The position numbers were made by a program, and so were the translations under genes. A stretch of 64,000 nucleotides of DNA, taken from assembly GCA_965368975.1 (NCBI GenBank), contig CBDUPA010000002.1, forward strand, positions 384,001-448,000. The letters are read 5' to 3'. How positions within the stretch are numbered: position 1 is the first letter of the stretch; the number at the start of each line of letters is the position of its first letter. The notes beneath the pieces were generated by a model. That model did not search any database. It had not been told where the DNA came from and saw only the letters and a program-made list of their open reading frames with translations. This document shows, one piece after another, positions 60,801 through 64,000 of the stretch. The DNA is from an uncultured bacterium. Its GTDB lineage: Bacteria; Acidobacteriota; Thermoanaerobaculia; Multivoradales; JAHZIX01.

Positions 60801-63800
60801 GCTCTTCGCGCTCCAGAACGCTCCCAAGGGTCGCGTCGCCAGTGGCGCTCTAGTGCTCGAACCCCTGCCGTCTCATAGCGCCTCAGCCAAATTCGACCTT
60901 AGCCTCCTCCTTTCGGAGAACGCAGGCAGCATCGAAGGTTCGCTGGAGTACGACACCGACCTCTTCGATAGGACGACGGCACAGCGGCTCGTGCGACGCT
61001 ACCTGCGTCTGCTCGCCGCCGTCGCCAAGGAACCTCAGCAGGGCTTGGCGCGTCTGCCGATGCTGACCGCCTCGGAACACCACCAACTCCTGTGGGAAGC
61101 CGGGCTCGGTGCCTGGCACCCGTGGAGTCCCGCTGGTAGCAGTACTGCCAATAGTACCGGCAGCAGTACTGGCAGCAGCCAGCTAGACCTCGAAACCCAC
61201 CAAGGCGTAGACAGCTCCATCGATGTCGGCAAGCGCGCCGAGACCGAGATCGGCGATGCCCTCCTCGGCGATGCCCTCCTCGACGCTCCCCTGGCCGGCA
61301 TCGTGCGCGGCATCTGGGCGGAAGTCCTCGAACGGCCCACCTCCTCGATCCACCTCGACGACGATTTCTTCCAGCTCGGCGGACATTCCCTGCTGGCAAC
61401 GCGCGTCACCGGCCGGCTCTTGGATGTACTCGGCGTCGACCTACCGCTGCGCACGCTGTTCGAACATCCCACGCTGGCCTCGCTCAGCCAGGAGATCCAA
61501 AGGCGGCGGGGTCAGGCAGGTGGAACAGAGTCACCCTCGACCGTGCCTCCCTTGACGGCACCGAAACCCGACCACGAGCGGACGGAAGCGCCGCTGTCCT
61601 TTGCCCAGCAACGCCTGTGGCTGCTGGAGCAGCTGCGACCGGGCGACCCCGCCTACAACTTGCCGCTGGCGCTGCGTCTGCGCGGGCCGCTGGAACTACG
61701 GCGCCTGGCCCGTGCCTTCGACGCCGTCGTCGCACGGCATCACAGCCTGCGCACCGTCTTCGCGCCGGGAGAGGATTCAGTGCGCCAGCCCCGACAGCCC
61801 CGGCAGCTCGTGCAGCCGCCTGCTCCCGTGCCCCTGCCCGTCGTCGACGTGGCGGGCGTGCCCGGCACCGTCGCTGATGCGCTCGTGCGGGCGTTGATCC
61901 AACGCGAGGCAGCACGCTCCTTCGACCTTCGCCGAGGCCCCCTTCTACGCACCCTGCTGCTACGCAGGAGCGCGCTCGAGCACGCGCTGGTCGTCAACCA
62001 GCACCACATCGTCTCCGATGGCTGGTCCCTGGGCTTGCTGACCTCCGAGCTGAGTCGGTACTACGCTCAGCCAACCACCTCCGCGTCTGGCTCGGATGGG
62101 CTACCGGCGCTGCAGTACCCCGACTTTGCCGCCTGGCAGCGCTCGGAGGCGGGGCTACAAGCGCTGGAACGTGACCTGGCCTGGTGGCGTCACCAGCTCG
62201 CTGGCGCGCCACTGCGCCTGGAGTTGCCCTACGACCGGCCCCCGACGCTGGCCACCTCCAGTGACGCAGGCCCCAGGCGCCCCGGCGCCATGTGCGCGAT
62301 CCGCCTCGACAGCGCGTCGACCGCCAGCCTGCACCGGCTCGCCCGGCGCGAAGGGGCCACTCTCTTCATGGTGCTGCTCGCCGCCTTCCAAACACTGCTG
62401 GCGCGGCACCTGGCACCCGATGTCGCTCCCAACACTGGAGTCTGGGATATCAGCGTCGGCATCCCGACCGCCGGACGCACCCGGCCCGAACTCGAGACGC
62501 TGATCGGCTTCTTCGTCAACACCCTGGTGCTGCGCAGTCAGCTCCACCCCGAAGAGTCGTTCCAAGACCTGCTGCGGCGCGTGCGTCAATTCACCCTCGA
62601 CGCCCACAACCACCAAAGCGTCCCCTTCGAACGCCTGGTCGAAGAAGTCGCCCCGGAACGCAGCCTGCTGCACACACCGCTGTTCCAGGTCATGCTGGCG
62701 CTGCAGAACGTCCCCCAACAAGCCACCGCTGGTGGTGACCTGGTGCTCGAACGCCTGCCTGCGCACAGTGCCGCGGCCAAGTTCGACCTGACACTGAACC
62801 TGACGGAGACCCGCACTACAGGAGTCTCTACGACAGCAACGAGTGCAGCGGGTCTGCACGGATCCTTGGAATACGACACCCTCCTCTTCGACGCCACCAC
62901 CGCCCAGCGCCTGGCCCACCGCCTCGAACGCGTGCTCGTCAGCCTGGCCAGATCGACGGAAGATCCGGCAGAAGAAGCGCCGAGGCTGCGCGACCTCGAC
63001 CTGCTGGGCCCTGCGCAGCGACACCAGCTGCTGCTCGAATGGAGCCAGAGTTGCACCTGGAACAGTGACATCCATGGTGCGAGTGAACCCTGCCCTCTCT
63101 TCGCCGGCATCTACGAGCAGGCCCAACGTCGACCGGACGCCATCGCGGTCGCGGGCGAGCGGCTGCACCTGAGCTACGGCAGCCTGCGGCATCGCGCCGG
63201 CAATCTGGCGTCCACGCTGCGGGCGCGCGGCCTGCGACGCGAAGACACCGTGGGCGTGCGCCTGGAGCGCAGTGCCGAGCTGGTAGTGGCGCTGCTCGGC
63301 GTCCTCGAAGCGGGCGGCACCTACCTGCCACTCGACGCCCAACACCCCCTGACGCGCCAGCAGCAAGTGCTCGACGCCGCCGCGCCACGCCTTCTGTTGA
63401 GCCACCACCTGCTGAGCCGGGCAACGTCGAGCCCGTCGACCGAGCGCGAGACACCCGAGGACAGGGCACCGAGTAGCGTCGAAACCCTGGACCCCCTCGC
63501 CGCCGACGAAGCGCCCGTCGCGGGTCTCGCAACGCCGGCCGTCGTCCCCGACCAACTCGCCTACCTCATCTTCACCTCCGGCACCACCGGCCGCCCCAAA
63601 GGCGTTGCCCTGACGCATGCTCAGGCGGCCCCCCTGATCACCTCGACACCGCGGCTGCTCGGCCTGCGCCCTGGTCATCGAGTGCTGGAGTACATCTCGC
63701 CGGCCTTCGACTACTCCGTATTCAAGTTGCTGAGCACCCTGCGCGCCGGAGCCACGCTGGTCGATCCCGGTGCTCACCGTCGTCGGGATGCAGCCCGCTT

Positions 63801-64000
63801 CGAACAGCTGCTGCGGCGCTACGACATCGACGTCTTCCTCGCCACCCCGTCGCTCGTCGCGCAGCTGACGTCGCGGCTCGTGGAACCGACACTCCCAGCC
63901 GTCGAGATCCTGCACCTGGCCGGCGAAGCCCTGCCCGCGAACCTCCTGCCGCAGCTAGGTAGAGCCTTCCCACGCGCCCGCCTCTACGGCCACTACGGCC
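54865..64000 (+). CDS. Non-ribosomal peptide synthetase, 3'-partial; C*(interface-like)-C-A-T-C-T-C-A...
   Basis: Frame +1 open to the window end (start TTG 54865 or ATG 54811). C motifs HHIAGDGWS (56563) and HHIVSDGWS (60046, 62002); A motifs YTSGTTGRPK, NLYGPSE, YRTGD, KLDR and FTSGTTGRPKG; T motifs FFQLGGHS (Ser codons 59419, 61387). Confidence 0.92.
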   Translation, partial: MTQDSSSQQGFRCSPQQLRAWRTAASGCLLAVPWPAYRPRQLQQRLNATVDRHEILRTRVELPEGTAEPEQVLDECGSLHLVTLDLRRLSEVDAEQMLPRLLGGRAPVVLRVPGPKAPRLVLALPATLGDLHSLELWAAELGAMHEEAEEPEEPVQYADVAEVFQQLLESEETAEGRSFWDGKVVEDQLAEMPPSHPGHPQGGAPTAGTTPAPTTSALAESTLLATYLLWLHHLTGRVRRTLAVRRDGRGHPGLDTALGPFARYLPLTVTYHPDLTWTSWVEHVEAELRQLDARQDYFDPARLGTSADEAYFLPFRFDIVPEVPGYQPTLALDLGEPCHLGLSCRRQGAGREREGTWETTWIHDPRIYPQDEADKLARSFTQLLDACVSAPASTRLPPLVEVLDAATLPILYEPSPLPDRIVPLARPERVPASFAQQRLWLVDRLHPGSAIYNLPQASRLRGPLQLNRLQAALDTVVQRHESLRTVFEEHDGAPWQRILPPYHLPLPIVDLSALPESRRWQLGHVLAAREARRPFDLRHDPMLRGLLLRLHTDEKQANDHALLLTLHHIAGDGWSLPILQREIATLAAGGPRALPRLHVQYADFTLWQRARLQGAHLQTLLDWWRRQLAEQPESLSLPFDHAHKRDHKGRPIAPTRGGNHRHVLSPELAGALQDLAATAGASYFMVLLAALHAWLSRITGQRHVAVGSATAGRDRVEIEGLIGFFVNTLVLPADLGSGSGPSCCRPSFRDLLGQARNTALEAQAHAEIPFERLVAELAPRRSADDAPLVQVMLVVQNLPQQATSATPTSDTAGGLRLEGLPSDSVTDEADTKQDFPARFDLTLTADVPVPGQGGWLSLTYRRSRFDSTTAQRCLAQLVQMLRAAVARPDTAVAELALFDAGQQHQLLHEWSQQDGPRFDVDLLADSSRGSGTLARDSTTLAGVLPRQVRRWPDAIAVVDGRRHLSYNRLLVEAERVAARLHTLGLPTNEEAVAVLTAGRPEPVALLAVYLAGAAFLPLDADQPPARLARILDDARPCAALLPPGTEDRLPSDPEIPHRLALTPDSSASEPVLRTKHGTPHPDQLAYVIYTSGTTGRPKAAGNTHRGILPFLAWVLETYPLRRGWRTLPHLSPAFDVGFLELSSTLLAGGTLVLAPERDLRRMARWIERWSIQIVHGTPSSLTEIVEAARRERRSLHSLRVVDVAGEAFPLALQEKLQSTLAPDCRIWNLYGPSEASIACTAYLLPAHRPDIEQGARGSVPIGTALGNARVLLLDAAGQPVPPGVAGELFVGGVDLGNTGTGLSETDCTGVGRGYLRRPARTAGSFLPDAFYTSGKGGARLYRTGDLVRRHADGRLEFLGRRDHQVKLRGIRIEIGEIEAALHRHPKVAEAAVELRRDLPGGPALVAFVVPRTGKPAQLDNPRAFLTDRLPAAMVPTRYHHLDALPRTPNRKLDRKRLRQLDLGQIDLGPGRSAHSRRPTLDAEQDPLLATIRDVWATVLEQSAASISPTDDFFQLGGHSLLATRVVGRLHECLGVDLPLRSMFDHPTLEALSKLVGTKLNKDGHGQESIGTSLPAIEPRPDLLEAPLSLAQQRLWFLDQLEPGDPAYNLPSALRLRGPLNVERLTLALTHICARHTSLRTVFLRDLSNLEDLVEAGGGIPAKQVVQPVHRRSFPVVDLERLAPATRPLAQQLILQETSRPFDLRHGPVLRALLLRLGPRDHALVINQHHIVSDGWSMGILTSELTALYAAGSPEAAQLPTLPVQYTDYARWQHEQLGKAVLQRDLEYWRQRLDGAPERLQLPFDRPPQARPRRGGATVPVRIAADVVETLHPLGRETSATLFMTLLAAFQTLLARHICTDHRDTDYSDTDYSDTDYSDTDHSDTSHIGIGASTAPRWDVSVGTPLAGRARPELEALIGFFVSTLVLRARPRPREGFVELLRRVRDHALDAHAHQLLPFERLVEALSPRRSPEHTPLFQVLFALQNAPKGRVASGALVLEPLPSHSASAKFDLSLLLSENAGSIEGSLEYDTDLFDRTTAQRLVRRYLRLLAAVAKEPQQGLARLPMLTASEHHQLLWEAGLGAWHPWSPAGSSTANSTGSSTGSSQLDLETHQGVDSSIDVGKRAETEIGDALLGDALLDAPLAGIVRGIWAEVLERPTSSIHLDDDFFQLGGHSLLATRVTGRLLDVLGVDLPLRTLFEHPTLASLSQEIQRRRGQAGGTESPSTVPPLTAPKPDHERTEAPLSFAQQRLWLLEQLRPGDPAYNLPLALRLRGPLELRRLARAFDAVVARHHSLRTVFAPGEDSVRQPRQPRQLVQPPAPVPLPVVDVAGVPGTVADALVRALIQREAARSFDLRRGPLLRTLLLRRSALEHALVVNQHHIVSDGWSLGLLTSELSRYYAQPTTSASGSDGLPALQYPDFAAWQRSEAGLQALERDLAWWRHQLAGAPLRLELPYDRPPTLATSSDAGPRRPGAMCAIRLDSASTASLHRLARREGATLFMVLLAAFQTLLARHLAPDVAPNTGVWDISVGIPTAGRTRPELETLIGFFVNTLVLRSQLHPEESFQDLLRRVRQFTLDAHNHQSVPFERLVEEVAPERSLLHTPLFQVMLALQNVPQQATAGGDLVLERLPAHSAAAKFDLTLNLTETRTTGVSTTATSAAGLHGSLEYDTLLFDATTAQRLAHRLERVLVSLARSTEDPAEEAPRLRDLDLLGPAQRHQLLLEWSQSCTWNSDIHGASEPCPLFAGIYEQAQRRPDAIAVAGERLHLSYGSLRHRAGNLASTLRARGLRREDTVGVRLERSAELVVALLGVLEAGGTYLPLDAQHPLTRQQQVLDAAAPRLLLSHHLLSRATSSPSTERETPEDRAPSSVETLDPLAADEAPVAGLATPAVVPDQLAYLIFTSGTTGRPKGVALTHAQAAPLITSTPRLLGLRPGHRVLEYISPAFDYSVFKLLSTLRAGATLVDPGAHRRRDAARFEQLLRRYDIDVFLATPSLVAQLTSRLVEPTLPAVEILHLAGEALPANLLPQLGRAFPRARLYGHYG
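60451..60516 (+). repeat. 15-nt VNTR (GACACTGATTACAGC x about 4.4; DTDYS) inside NRPS C domain
   Basis: Read directly; three perfect units, one variant unit and a partial unit. Confidence 0.9.

Noticed and set aside
56563-62030. NRPS C domains as beta-lactam-forming (NocB C5-like), which would explain the MBL
   Set aside because: They read L/Q-HHxxxDG and lack the extra His (HHH) of NocB C5; no direct evidence in the window for a beta-lactam product
62155-63915. 586-aa minus-strand ORF (and other 54.8-64 kb ORFs in the track)
   Set aside because: Antisense or alternative-frame shadows of the frame +1 NRPS, which carries all the recognisable motifs

Overview
High-GC bacterial chromosomal segment. 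The Acidobacterial-type VWA/GWxTD protein, TonB-fused kinase and DUF4388 protein suggest Acidobacteriota, probably Thermoanaerobaculia-like (inference). From left to right: the 3' end of an AddA-like helicase-nuclease; small housekeeping genes (Zn peptidase, acyl-CoA thioesterase, tdk with a catalytically degenerate HAD partner, A-type Fe-S carrier); an exbB-exbD-exbD-tonB-DUF4388-TPR operon; ruvC and yebC; a 1362-aa pseudo-receiver/Ser-Thr kinase/TM/TonB-C fusion; accD and folC; a surface-glycan cluster (GT-C, three GT2 domains, WchF-like GT4, WcaJ-like initiating transferase, Thr-type sulfatase-fold lipoprotein); serS and tRNA-Ser(UGA); a GWxTD-like/Ig/VWA protein; yhaM; and a dcw cluster (mraZ to ftsZ, without murB or ddl) preceded by 10-bp-phased MraZ boxes. 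Two things stand out. (1) An intact subclass B1 metallo-beta-lactamase sits directly behind ftsZ, and its signal peptide appears only if translation starts at a CTG overlapping the ftsZ stop. (2) Divergent from mraZ is a >3000-aa NRPS that the ORF track misses because it has no stop in the window. Its layout is non-canonical (interface-like C*-C-A-T-C-T-C-A...), with an A-less module, unfamiliar A-domain pockets and in-frame micro-insertions. No CRISPR array, rRNA or mobile element was found.
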